DNA from: Schizochytrium sp. TIO01
Lineage: Eukaryota > Protista > Bigyra: Labyrinthulomycetes
Length of the DNA: 64,000 nt
NCBI GenBank assembly: GCA_004764695.1
Contig: SMSO01000006.1
Span: 697,859-761,858, forward strand
Reading direction: 5' to 3'
The notes below the pieces were generated by a model. The model was not told where the DNA came from. It was given only the letters and a program-made list of their open reading frames with translations, and did no database searches. Made by a program: the position numbers and the translations under genes. Of the stretch, positions 35,621-47,706 are shown piece by piece (positions within the stretch are counted from its first letter, which is position 1; each line of letters opens with the position of its first letter).

Positions 35621-37522
35621 ATAAAGACCAACCAAATTCCCATTGGGACGCTGCAGAGTTTAATTTCTTTCTGCCTCAGGCTCTCTTTGCACAGAACAAA
35701 TTGCAACGAAGCCTGGATTCAAGCTTGAATTTATAGATGATTAACTTCCCCCCCCCGTCAGTGATACGTAGGTGCCTGCTAATTCTAGTTTTTTTTAATT
35801 ATTTTTTGTTGTTGGAAAGAAAGAAAAGAAATCACCACCATCTTCTTTAATTTATTATATATACAAATAGAATATTAATTAAAATTGAACTGAAAAAATA
35901 TATTAAAAACTGAAATATGTTAATTATATGTAATATTAATTAAAATAGGTACCATGTTGTAGTATGCTATACCTGTAATATTTATGGGTCCCTATAAAAT
36001 AAAAAAGGACATACCTGTACAAGCAACCGGGTCTGTTGATATCTTGAGAAGTATGTAATTGTCAGCAATCTACCATGAGCAATGTCGTGAGGAAAAAGTA
36101 ACTTGATTAAATATATATTCGCCTCTCATCAACCTTAGCTAGAATTTGAACAAAATGAGGCAGGGCTTTCCTTTTCGATCCGATTCTACTATTCAGAACT
36201 TGCTACACCAAAAGACAATGCTAAATTAATTTTAAAAAATAATGAGTAATTTATAAAGACATGCCTTGACGAAACGCTAAACCCTGGGGCTCACTTGCAG
36301 TATGAATTTTAATTTACGACTCTCCATGCGTTTTACATTAAGTGAGTGCAACAGATATATTTATCATATTGAATAAATTTCTACTCAAGGTGCCGGAAAG
36401 CTGAGCATTTACTTTGTCTTACTATACCATCACATGCACTTTACATTGTTGAAGATTTGTTGAAATTTAGGCAGCGCTTGGGTTTCCTATATTTAAGTAC
36501 ACTTCAAAATGAAAATATCAAAATGAAAAACATAATTGAAAACATATATAAACTCACTTGCTTAGATTGTGCATCTCCTCTGCTTTCACGATAACATGAT
36601 AGTGTCTGGAAATAATGGACTATCAAATCACGGGCGAGTTTGATAGTGTGACTTATTTGCAGATATGATGTATTATTACTATATTATTAAATAATAGTTA
36701 AAGTCCCTACCACGAAGCAAGTTTTAGAATAGTGCAGTGGTAGGAAATGCGAAACATCCAGATACCTACCTAAAATAGAACTAATACACACGTTCACTCA
36801 GGCACTTGGCCATAGATGTTTATGTAGGGTCTACTAGGTGTTTCATAATGCCTGTGCACGACGTGCGTGTAAAGCTCCATCCACCAACTCCGTCGAGCGG
36901 AACTTGTCTTCGCCTACTAATGTAAGAACAAAAGGTGAAGCTTCATTTTGTTTGTTTGTTTGCATGGAGCAACGCCAAGTCTTGACATTGATAACTAATT
37001 TTAGACGCTTCTTTCCAGTTATGGTTTTTAATTTATAAGATATATTCTGGAAGCAATTCGTCCCTTCCTCGTACTTTACTGATCCCATATATGGCATTGT
37101 AAACCTCGTTGCAGGTGGGTGGGCAGGAACCTAAATTGATACTCTTTTCACGATTTTTCCACGACTTCCTTTTTCATTTTCATTTAATTATTTAATACTT
37201 TCTTTAAATGAACTGATTCATTTCAACTTGGAAACAGAAGAAAGAAGCAGTATTAGAGAAAGCGTTTCTTGTGCAGAGGGCCAAACAGGTATGTAGCATA
37301 CCTCGTAGCATTTTCTTTTGTGGCGACAATGTACTATGACTTAAGAAAACGCCGCACCATGCTTAATCCCTAAATACCAGCCTCTCCAAAAGCAGTGTTT
37401 CTTCTTATTATTGAAAAGAGCTTTGGAGGACCTTTCCAGAAGTTTAACCTCTTCATTTTAATGTGCAATGTGTAAGACCGACCAGCACGAAAATCCAAAT
37501 CTGAGGCAGGGTGGGGAACGGC

Positions 37523-37534
37523 TTGGTTGGTTGC

Positions 37535-37572
<38 letters not shown>

Positions 37573-37577
37573 GGTTA
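37523..37577 (+). repeat. Compound (TTGG)-(TTAG)n array
   Basis: Directly visible. Confidence 0.93.
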
Positions 37578-39331
37578 ATCAGATCAGCATAAGCATATCA
37601 TGGCGCAACGTCTGTGGTGCTGCTGCTTCTTCAAGGTGAGAGCACAGCCAGAGACATAGATCCTCGGGCCAGGTTGGCCATCTGTTGACACTGGAAGTGG
37701 CGTAATCCGCGCTGACTTGGCTGCTGGTTTAATCGTTCCAACCCTGGCCGCACATCTCCTGTCTGCCTCCTCCTCCTCGTTCCAACAAATTTACACCGCC
37801 ATGCTCATACATCCCTTCCACATTGCACGATCGAATCGGTGTCGATGCATCAATGAGCCAATAAACGGAAAAAAAAATAATTATAACATCCGCCGCCTTC
37901 TATAAACTCAACTTACCTTACATCGCTGCGTACCTCTGAGCTGGTTGAAGAGCACCTCCACATGTCACGACATGATTCCAACCTCTGTCTCTGTGTGTGT
38001 GAATGTAATGTATCGATCTGATGAATCTACTTATGGATCCATGAAACTATGTGTGTATGTATGTATGTGCCATGGTCTCATGGTAGCGGCGCCACTGGGT
38101 GCACTGTGCACTCGCTCCAGATCGTCCAAGTGGGAGTGGATGGAGATCATGCCATTGGTTGCTTGCTTATACTTCACCCTGGTGCCCAGCACAAAAACTT
38201 AAAAAAGGACCTCGCTAGCTAGCCAGGACAAAGGACAAAGGTAGCTCATGTGCGAGAGTGCTCTCTTGGTGATCTCTGCACAACAGCTGGCCTGCCGCTG
38301 CCTGCCTGGCTAGCGTGAACTGACCCGCTCAATGCGCCATGCATTCGTCTTCTTCTGTGGTGCTTGCTGCCTTACAGGCCTGTAAGAACTCAACAAAGTT
38401 CTGCTATCTTCTGTGGCCTGCTCTGCTAGGCAGTTCTACCGGCCCGCCTAAGCTGAAAGTACATCCATAGATCCATAGATCCATAGATTCATAGATACAT
38501 GCATGCATGCATGCATGCATCAATTCATAGATTCATCCATCCATCTATTCGCTCGCTCGTTCATAATTCAACCGCAGCTTGTAGAGTGGAAGCCTCTGTT
38601 TGTTGTTTGTTTGTTTGTTTGTTTGTTTGTTTGTTTGCGGAGCAGTGGCCGCCTTTGGCCAACTTCTCTCAACCTCGCGCAGGAGGCCTCCTCGCTGGAG
38701 CTCTTCTCACCCTGCGCAACCTCGTGCCAGGCGCTACTCCGACGCACTCGCTCGAGTGTCAACTGGACCCTTCAAAGTTCCACATTGCACTTGGATTTCT
38801 TTCTCTCTTTCTCAACCTACATAGAACAGCTGTATTAGTTCACTCACTCACTCGCTCACTCGCTTCTTCTTTCTTCTTTCTTCTTTCTTCTTTCTGAGAG
38901 TACGTATACATATATGACATGTTTGTTACTTTTATACTCTATTGATTTTTTGTTTTGTTTTATTTTGTTTTAAATAAAAGACTTTTCGAGTTTTTATTTG
39001 TTTTAATTGATAGAAGGAAAAAAGAAATCATGGTCAAAAGCTTCTCACGCAAGGCTGGTGTTAGTAGAGGTTATCTATCTCCAGTAGGACCTGGAGAGCA
39101 GTGTTGATGTTGATGAACTCCGAAGTATCAAGTCAATTCACTTCACTCCTGAGTCATCATTGGTGATCGATCGCCAATCACAGCGTTCGGAAGCGCCTCT
39201 TGGCTGTCTAGGTACGAGGAGGCCGCCTGCGCTGAAGTTGGTGGCGAATATGCTTCGTGACCAGAGAGGAATACATCACGCGGCTCTTGGCTGTGCTTTT
39301 CCCATATCTTCTGCGCAAGCCTTTCCGTTTT

Positions 39332-39366
<35 letters not shown>

Positions 39367-40835
39367 CTCATGCATAGAAGATAATGGTGCATCGACAATT
39401 GATGTGAGTTTCATTCGATTTCTTTCTGTTTCCAACCCTCACTCTGATAAACCCCCTTACTTCAGTAGCGAGCCTTTAAGGGAAACAGTGTCAGTAGGTA
39501 CCTCCATCAATCACTATTTTAGTCTCTGCGGACGGGGCGCCTGTGATTTAGTCAGCCTGGACAAGTTTCGTTAAGAACTTATTTACCTGCTTATCACTAC
39601 AGTGCTTGCTACCAGTTCTTTATTTTAAAAAATTATTTTTTCTCTGCTGGAGAGGCAGCTAGGCAGGTCCCTCCCAACTCTTTTAATTTTTAACTTTTGA
39701 CTTTTAACTTTTAATTAATGTTTCTTTAATTTTGTAAACTAGTAGGAATTTTAATACTTCTGTGTAATTGAATTAAACTTTCGTTTCGATTTGATTCAGT
39801 TTCATTTTCAATTCCTAGACTAGAGTTACTTCTACCTAGCTTCCGAGTATGTCTTATAATCGGTGCCAGTGCTAGCCAGCTATTGCCAAAGACTAGGGGA
39901 GTGTACTATCTGGCTAGTGAACGTCTGGGAACTTAAAGAGGCGGAGTATTTTATTCAAAGCTGCTGCCGTCACCCTCAGACCTCTCTTTGTCTGATAAGA
40001 GTCTATTTGTTTGTCGATTCATTTCGATTCATTCGTTCATCTATTTATTTATTTATACATTTATACATTTATTTCTGTGTAAGCGGTATGACTTAAATGT
40101 TTGTTTGTGATCACATCATCGAAGTCAGTAGATATCAAACAAACATTGCTAAGAATGCGGAAAACCTCAACAACTCAAAAAGCAAAAAGTCAAACAAACT
40201 TCAATAGACTCGGAGGGAGGCTTCTTTTCTAACCTTGTGACAATCTGAATGAATGAACGTAGACAGCAGATGAGACGATTATAAGGTTTCTGTGGCGCAA
40301 TACATAAAAGGTCGATGAACAATGCGCTTCCTTTGGACAGGGAGGGATATGAACCGCATCATCCGAACTACAAGTTCAATTTTATATATTATAGTTCAAT
40401 TGCGAGGTTTATTTTTTTATTCATTATCAAACCTATATGCTATGTTCACGGATGAAGCAAAATCTCCTTTTTGTCTGGCAGCCTTTACTAAAGATTCACC
40501 TCACCTGCCGAACGAGAGAATTGATGATTGATTGAGTTATTGCACTTTTGAATCATGAGAGTCGTGGTATGGTTATAGCTTCCATGGTACCAAGAGGAGA
40601 GAATAAAAGCCGCATCAATAGCAACTTACTTGTTATTTCAGACCCCGTGTGAGCATGTTTATCTACGCAAGAGATTTCTCTCCGATCCTGATTGTCTCAA
40701 TCATTTCATTATCAGGTGGATGCACTTATCGGTGGACAAAACCAACTAATCGATGGATGGATATGCCTAGTGAAGTTGTAGTGCTTGGTGCTATTCTCTT
40801 TAATTTCCTGTTTTGCTCCGTTTTCGCTCCGAGTT

Positions 40836-40889
40836 ATGAGCTAAATGAGCTAAATGAGCTAAATGAGCTAAATGAGCTAAATGAGCTAA
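40836..40889 (+). repeat. 9-bp tandem repeat (ATGAGCTAA)x6
   Basis: Six perfect copies are visible. Confidence 0.95.
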
Positions 40890-41739
40890 ACCTCACTTTC
40901 CAAATACTCATCGCGTCGCACTCTCTACCTACTAGATACTACTTTTCAGTTTAAAAAGACCAAGGGTGCATCAATTTTATCCGCCCAGCAACTTTTGTTT
41001 TTACAAAAATGATGCCTTGTACATACATGCATAATAAACCAAGAGAAACTAACTTTCTATTCTTTTTGGCTGTTGTACTACTTCTACCTTCTTGCGACAA
41101 TATGGTGCATCACCTATTTTTGATTTTTAAAAACGACAACTCAAAAAGGAGGAAGGTCCTACAGCAAACAACTAAAGGAGAACGCAGAACTCTCAGAACA
41201 TCTAGAATGCTACGTGCTTGGGATAGCTAGATGGTTAAGAGTCCTAGGCGAGGCCTGGGTCGGAGAGGTGTCGTGGCGCGTTCCAGATCCCTGTAGGAAC
41301 CACCGCCGTTGACAGATAAGGGAAAGCGTACAATGGGTAGCTAGCTAGCTCTACCTACCTTCCTAAGTATGCATGTATGTATGTATGCATGTGTATATGT
41401 TATAGGAAAGAAAGAAGCACTCCCATAAAAGAAATGAATGTAGGTAATGAGATGAAATGTGACGTGAATAAATGAAATTGCGCAGAATAAACAGCGGCGG
41501 CTGAGAAAACAGAAGCATCAGCAGCAGAAGAAGCACGGAAGAAGAATGAATCCCAGAAGTCTTGGAAACTGGCCGCGGAAGCTCAGCGGCGGCCCTGGGC
41601 GATCAGAGATGAACGTCGTATTGACTTGACTTGACTTGAGACTGACTGACTATCTTCTGCCCAAGGTTTGTTCTATGTCCGCTGAGGTCGAAAAATCTAA
41701 TTCACTCGTCCATCCATGAACTTGAATTTCTCATGTGCA

Positions 41740-41822
41740 CATACATACATACATACATACATACATACATACATACATACATACATACATACATACATAC
41801 ATACATACATACATACATACAT
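41740..41822 (+). repeat. (CATA)~20 microsatellite
   Basis: Directly visible. Confidence 0.97.
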
Positions 41823-42428
41823 TTATACACATTCATTCATTCATTTCTATAAATAAGCGAATCATGTTTGAAAGTAACAAATAAAGAACGTGAATGTGTA
41901 ATTTATAAAGTATCTGCAAAATGGAATGATCGGAGATCAGCCTCGAGTTTCTCAATCTGTGGATTTGAGAGGGGTTCTTCTCCTTCCTTCGCAGAGAGAC
42001 AGACTCCCACTCACGAATCGCCGCTTTGCAACGCACGCCTTTTTCGGAGCTGAGCTGATGGAGAGCGTGGGTCTACGCTTGCCTTGAGCAAGTTCTATTT
42101 CATGCCCTCGCCAGAGCGAATCGCTGTATGTTTCGACCTCCAGAGAACTTGAAGCACGAAACTCCCCCCATGAATGACGTATTCAGTCGTTTGTAAGAAA
42201 TCAATCAGAGCGACGGAGAGAGATGTGCGCCCTTCAAGTGATTCATTCAGACAGGCGCCCTTCGATTGCCCCTCCAATTCGCTCTTTAGGTTGCTACATA
42301 TGTATATATCTAACATAAAATGTGTAGCGCTACTTAGCTCAACAGTTCGGGCGAAGGAGGGATTGATTTCAATTGCAAGCCGAGGCTCGACTTACTTGCG
42401 ACTTGAATGCGCGACGAATCGATAGTTC

Positions 42429-42522
42429 CGGATGGATGGATGGATGGATGGATGGATGGATGGATGGATGGATGGATGGATGAATGAATGAATGAAAGAA
42501 CAAACAAATAAATAAACAAATA
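42429..42522 (+). repeat. Compound (GGAT)-(GAAT)-(AAAC/AAAT) array
   Basis: Directly visible. Confidence 0.95.
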
Positions 42523-42869
42523 ACCACTCACCGTGCCGCTTCATCATGGCCATCTCACGATTGTACTTAGACCGTGTCCACCATCGGGAACCGAAGAACC
42601 CTGGTGTTGATGTTGTTGTTGATTGATGCTGATGTTGACAGTGCAAGCTGCGATGCAAACCGGTCTCCAGGCAGGCAGATGATACGTTATTCCCACCGGA
42701 GCCTGAAGGCTGAAGGCTGAAGAATGATTCATACAGCCGACTTGGAAATGCATCAGCGCTTGCGTACGATTGTGAATACATGTGCGACGATCCGCGTATC
42801 CCGTGCAATCTACAGACAACCAAAGAAATAACCAACAAAGCCCCCTCGGCCATGTGATATGAGCGCATC

Positions 42870-43129
42870 CATACATCCATATACACACATACATACATAC
42901 ATACATACATACATACATACATACATACATACATACATACATTACATACATACATGACATACATACATACATACATACATACATACATACATACATACAT
43001 ACATACATACATACATACATACATACATACATACATACATACATACATACATTCATATGAATGATATGATTTTATATACACATGAATGATATGATTTGCA
43101 TACATACATACATACATACATACATACAT
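42870..43129 (+). repeat. Long interrupted (CATA)n microsatellite
   Basis: Directly visible. It generates the spurious MYVC-repeat ORFs. Confidence 0.96.
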
Positions 43130-45891
43130 GCAAAGATGCCTTCGCACAAGCTACAGCAGAGAATGAGAGCCCATCCTTCGATGGTCCTTGCTCCTTTTCA
43201 CGAGCCGATGGGCTGCGTGAGTGAGTGAGTGAGTGCTTGAGTGAGTGAGTGAGCGAGCGAGCGCGATTCCTGAGCTCTTGGCTGCGAGCGGAGGGAGGAA
43301 GAGCGCCGGAGAGAGAGAGCGAGGGCAGGTAGGAGTAGCGAGTCCTGCTTTTTCCCACTTCTTCTCACCTACCTTCGCTGACGGATGAGACAGAGGAGGA
43401 AGAAAGGCGCATTTGATACACTGCGCTCTCTCTCTCTCTCTCTCTGTCTCTGTCTCTGTGGTTTTGGTGTTTGTTTTGTTTGTTTGTTTTAGGGAGGGAG
43501 GCGTAGCGCGGCCTATGTGCACTCTAGTCCGCACTATCAATTAGGAGGGAGAGGGAGGAGGAGTTGGGTTGGTAGAGAAAAGTGGAATGACGCTCTCTTT
43601 CATTGTATGCGGTTAGTTCTGATTCTTCTGATTCCTCTGAGGCTTCTGAGGCTTCAAAGAGTAGGAGGCAGGTACGATTGGCTTTGAAGACAGACGACTT
43701 ATGGTTGCTTCTTTTTAAGTTGCATGTGCATAGAACCGCCTGAAGCAAAAAAGTGACGAATGCCTAATAAACGGAGATGTTACACATCGATTAAAAAATC
43801 TTTCTGTTTCCTTTTCATTTACTTTTAGGTTTTGTTCTGAAATATCAAGACCAAGCTGCTGGTGTATTTTATTCAGAAGCTCTTCGTTTGATTTAAACTT
43901 TATCTCTTCTTCGTTTACTTCTGATGAAACACACAAAATAGCTTAGTTTAGCTCTCTGCTCCTTATTTGATGAAAAGAATAAAAATGAAAGCAAACATCA
44001 ACAAACAACAGTGATGATTCATTCATTTTTTTCATTCATTCATGAGGTACCAGAGATGTTCGGAAGAAAAGAGAGAATGTCAAGATGAGCGCCATGCCAT
44101 GGCACTCTGCTCTGCGGTGCTCATTTCGCTGCTTAGCTGGGTTTGAGAAGGAAGAAGCCTCAGCCTCCAGCGCGTGAGATGGTTGCATCCGCACACTGAA
44201 AACCAGAGCTAAGGCGAGTGTGACACTGTGCGATCGTGGGTAGGAACAGCGAGAGCTCATGATATGATCGAGATCGCAGCCATCAGGAACACTTTTGAGT
44301 CCTTCTTATTCAAGTTGTTCTTTGGTGATGCGGACAGAGAGAGGTTTTGGCGCCTGTTTTTCTTCTCTTTTCTTTTCTTTTCTTCTCTTTTCTTTATTCA
44401 TATTTTAGGACATCGGCGCATCACGATGAAAAATTTTCCAGGAAAATGCAAACCTTATAACACTTCAATTCAATTATAGTACAACTCGTGAGCGGAAATA
44501 AAATACATTTTTTGTTTTTAACATTTAGGGGAGGGAAAGTAAATAAACTCGGTTATTATTGCGTATGGACTGGTAAAAAAAGACAGGGACACTAAAAATT
44601 AGGATATGCACAAAAGCGGGGGAAACAGGGTAAGAATGAGAGGAAAACTATCCGATTTCAATTTGGAGGAGCCAAGTAAAATTTCGGACAGATTTACTTT
44701 TTAAAACTAATGATCAAGTTAACGATGTTTTCTTTTTTTAAATCGTTTGCTTTCATTGCGAGAGAGGTATCAGCGGACAACAGTTTTTTTTTTTTTTCTT
44801 TCTTTTTTAATACTGGGGCATATGAATCAATGGAGAAGGACACGAAACAGCAACAAAGTACCAAAGACTCTACTAAAGAACATTCTACATGAGTGGGTAT
44901 GTTCAAGATTTCCTCTCACTCATCCTCCGAACGGTGTATGCAACATAAGAAAAGGAAGGAGAACAGAATCTATGTCGTTTTGAACTTACCCTGGATAGGC
45001 GATATTCAGTGAGGGAGCATTATGTTTTTAATGCTTTTTGCCACCTTACGATGAAACACAAATTTTTTGCTTTTTCTTTTCAATTGATACCTTCTTAAAT
45101 TCTAGTGTCTTAAAAGTCGAAATCAGGAGCTTTTAATTCAATTTATTAACTTAAAAACAAATTCAGAGTGCATTGAAGTGGTGATGTCACTTTAGGAAAC
45201 TTGAGAAGCACACTTGAGAAACAGACTTGCGAAAATAAGCATTTTCTTTTTAAAAGGCAAATATTATATCAATACACATATTTTTTACTTTTTATTTAAT
45301 TAGATTTTTGTCCTTCAAAAATATGCATGTACAAAAAGACAACACCATATTATAGTATTTTTCTTTCTCTTTTTCTTTACATAATATTAAATATTTCATC
45401 TATAAAATAAACATTTTAAAAATTATCATTATGAGCAAGCCAGTCAGTTAAATAACTAAGTAGATAAAGGGAAGGAATGGGAAAAACAAAGAATGAGCGA
45501 AAGTCCATCCGCAAAAGCAAAAGCAAAACCTCAACTGAGCAGACCCCGCGAGGACTTGCACAGATACATCACGCCAAAGCCCAGACAACCGTGAACGCTC
45601 GCTATCGGCAAGCGACAAGATCGACCGGAGCAACAGAAGCCCCTCAACAAGGCACCTCAGCGCCAGCACGAGCATAGTACTCGTTGCTGCTGTCGTTGGA
45701 GAAGGAGATTCTTTCTTCGCTCGAGCAGAGAGAGAAAAAAAGGGAGAACTTCAATTTCCTTATTTCTCGTGCTCTGTCTTCATATAGTTCTTTGCGTATA
45801 TATATACATATTATAATACCTTAGGAACAGCGGATTCCAGGTGGTACGATAACAAGTGCATCCAGAGCTTAAACGTGGATAATAAGAGCTC

Positions 45892-47706
45892 ATGGTTGTA
45901 CTCGGCATGAAGCGTGCACGCCCTGAGAATGAAAAGGGCATGACGCTTGAACACCCTGTCGAAAAACGCCGCGCCAATAACGGGGAACAGGATAGCAATA
46001 TCAACAACATGGACACTACCGAGACATCCAAGGGCGCCCAATCCCCTACACCATCTGTAAATGATGAATGCAAATCTGACCGCAGCGACGATGAAGTCTC
46101 TGTGGGCAATCAATCACACATCAGCAACAATAGCACCAGCAACCACCAGGCCATCCCAGCCATGATGGCTACAGCTGCCGGTACACCAATGGCCCCATGC
46201 ACCACCATGCACTGGCAGTCAATACAGAGAATCATTACTGCCGCCAAAATGATCAAATACAGCGTTATCTTTGAAGACGGTACTTCAATGCTTATTGACT
46301 CTGCAGAAATGCTTGAGCTTGTCCGCACCCAGGCAGTCAATGACTACACCCACAACCTTCAAATTGCCACTGCCACCGGGGCAGATGAGCCCAAGAGCCC
46401 CAGGGATGATGCCAGCGACACCAAGTCTGTGGCTAGCACCAGCGAGTCTCCTGCAAACCCCCTTGAGAAGAAGGCTTCTGGTGAAGCACAGTCTTCTGAG
46501 CTCGCAGCCAAGTCTACACCTGTAAAAAAGGACGAAAACATTAACGCCAGCGCCAACATTGAAACCAAAGTCGAGCCCCGCCTTCGCGATGAGGAAAAGA
46601 AGGTTAACAATGTACCCGCCGTTGATGCTGCTACCGCTGCTATGCTTGCAAACGTCGCATCGATGAACAAGGATCTCTCTGCATCCAACCAAATTAAGCA
46701 AAAGGCAGTGCTTACACCACCACAGCAGCTGCAGCTGCAGCAACAAGCAAGTGCCGGTGTGGGTAACCCCATCTTTGCTGCTGCCGTTGCAAAACAGCAG
46801 GAACGGATTGCCGCTCTCAACAAGAGCAGCAGCACCAGTAGCATCGATTCCGGTAACAACTCTGCTTCAAACAGTCCTAAGCAGTCTCCTGTGCAGGCCG
46901 CAGCAGCGTCAAACTCGAACGCTCTCACCCCTTCGGCTCAACCCAATGGTCCCATTATGGGAGGCAGAATTCATGGCAAGTCCTCTTCATTCCACGGCGT
47001 TAGCTGGCACACTCAGCGTAAGCGCTGGCGTGCCTACATCTACCTGTCTCCGGGTAAGCAGAAGTACCTTGGTACTTTCACTGACCAAATTAAGGCCGCC
47101 CAGACCTACGATCAAGCTGTTATTAAGTATGGACTCCGCTCCCCTCTCAACTTTGCCCAGTCTTCCAATGGTATGCATCAACACAGTGCTGGCCAAATGC
47201 ACAACACTATCAACAACAAGATGAACTCTGATGCTCGTTCTATGGCTCGTGCGGCTGCTGAAGCAGGTGACCGCGCCATGAATAAGATGGACCAGCAGCA
47301 CCGCTCTCAATTTCTTTCTCAGGTTGCTGCGCTCGCCTCAACCCAAAACGTTATCCCTCAGCGTAACCAGCCGCAGACTCAGGCCCAGCAGCTCCAGCAA
47401 CTTCAACAGCTTCAGCAACTTCAACAACTTCAGCTTTTGCAGCAACGTCAGCAGCACAACAACCTTGGGGCTCTCACCTCCAGTGCTGCATCCCAGTTAC
47501 CTGCTGCATTTAGCTCCCCCCTTACCCAGGCATCACATGTGGCTGCACTGACTCGTCTCCTTGGTGGCGGTGGTCTTATGGCTTCTCCCACCGAGCGTCT
47601 CCAGCTTCAGCAGCTTATGCAACACAACCAGCTGGCACAGCAGCAGGCACTTCAAATGCAGTATAACGAGCAGATTCGCCAGGAGGTGCTTCGCCGCTTT
47701 TCATAA
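45892..47706 (+). CDS. AP2/ERF-domain transcription factor with Q/S/A-rich low-complexity regions
   Basis: 604-aa ORF with clear coding bias and an upstream in-frame TAA at 45850. AP2 domain SSSFHGVSWHTQRKRWRAYIYLSPGKQKYLGTFTDQIKAAQTYDQAVIKYGLRSPLNF at about 46981-47154, N-terminal basic KRARP...EKRR (NLS-like) and QQL repeats. Confidence 0.93.
   Translation: MVVLGMKRARPENEKGMTLEHPVEKRRANNGEQDSNINNMDTTETSKGAQSPTPSVNDECKSDRSDDEVSVGNQSHISNNSTSNHQAIPAMMATAAGTPMAPCTTMHWQSIQRIITAAKMIKYSVIFEDGTSMLIDSAEMLELVRTQAVNDYTHNLQIATATGADEPKSPRDDASDTKSVASTSESPANPLEKKASGEAQSSELAAKSTPVKKDENINASANIETKVEPRLRDEEKKVNNVPAVDAATAAMLANVASMNKDLSASNQIKQKAVLTPPQQLQLQQQASAGVGNPIFAAAVAKQQERIAALNKSSSTSSIDSGNNSASNSPKQSPVQAAAASNSNALTPSAQPNGPIMGGRIHGKSSSFHGVSWHTQRKRWRAYIYLSPGKQKYLGTFTDQIKAAQTYDQAVIKYGLRSPLNFAQSSNGMHQHSAGQMHNTINNKMNSDARSMARAAAEAGDRAMNKMDQQHRSQFLSQVAALASTQNVIPQRNQPQTQAQQLQQLQQLQQLQQLQLLQQRQQHNNLGALTSSAASQLPAAFSSPLTQASHVAALTRLLGGGGLMASPTERLQLQQLMQHNQLAQQQALQMQYNEQIRQEVLRRFS

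Noticed and set aside
42392-43147. 251-aa minus-strand ORF (MYVC and IHPS repeats)
   Set aside because: Kept open by stop-free tetranucleotide arrays. The unique middle has no recognisable domain and is treated only as a possible non-coding exon.
9511-45114. TTTAAGAC word seen five times, mostly in AT islands
   Set aside because: The count is close to chance expectation for an AT-rich 8-mer.
45780-47310. Several overlapping minus-strand and alternate-frame ORFs
   Set aside because: Shadows of the AP2 coding sequence.
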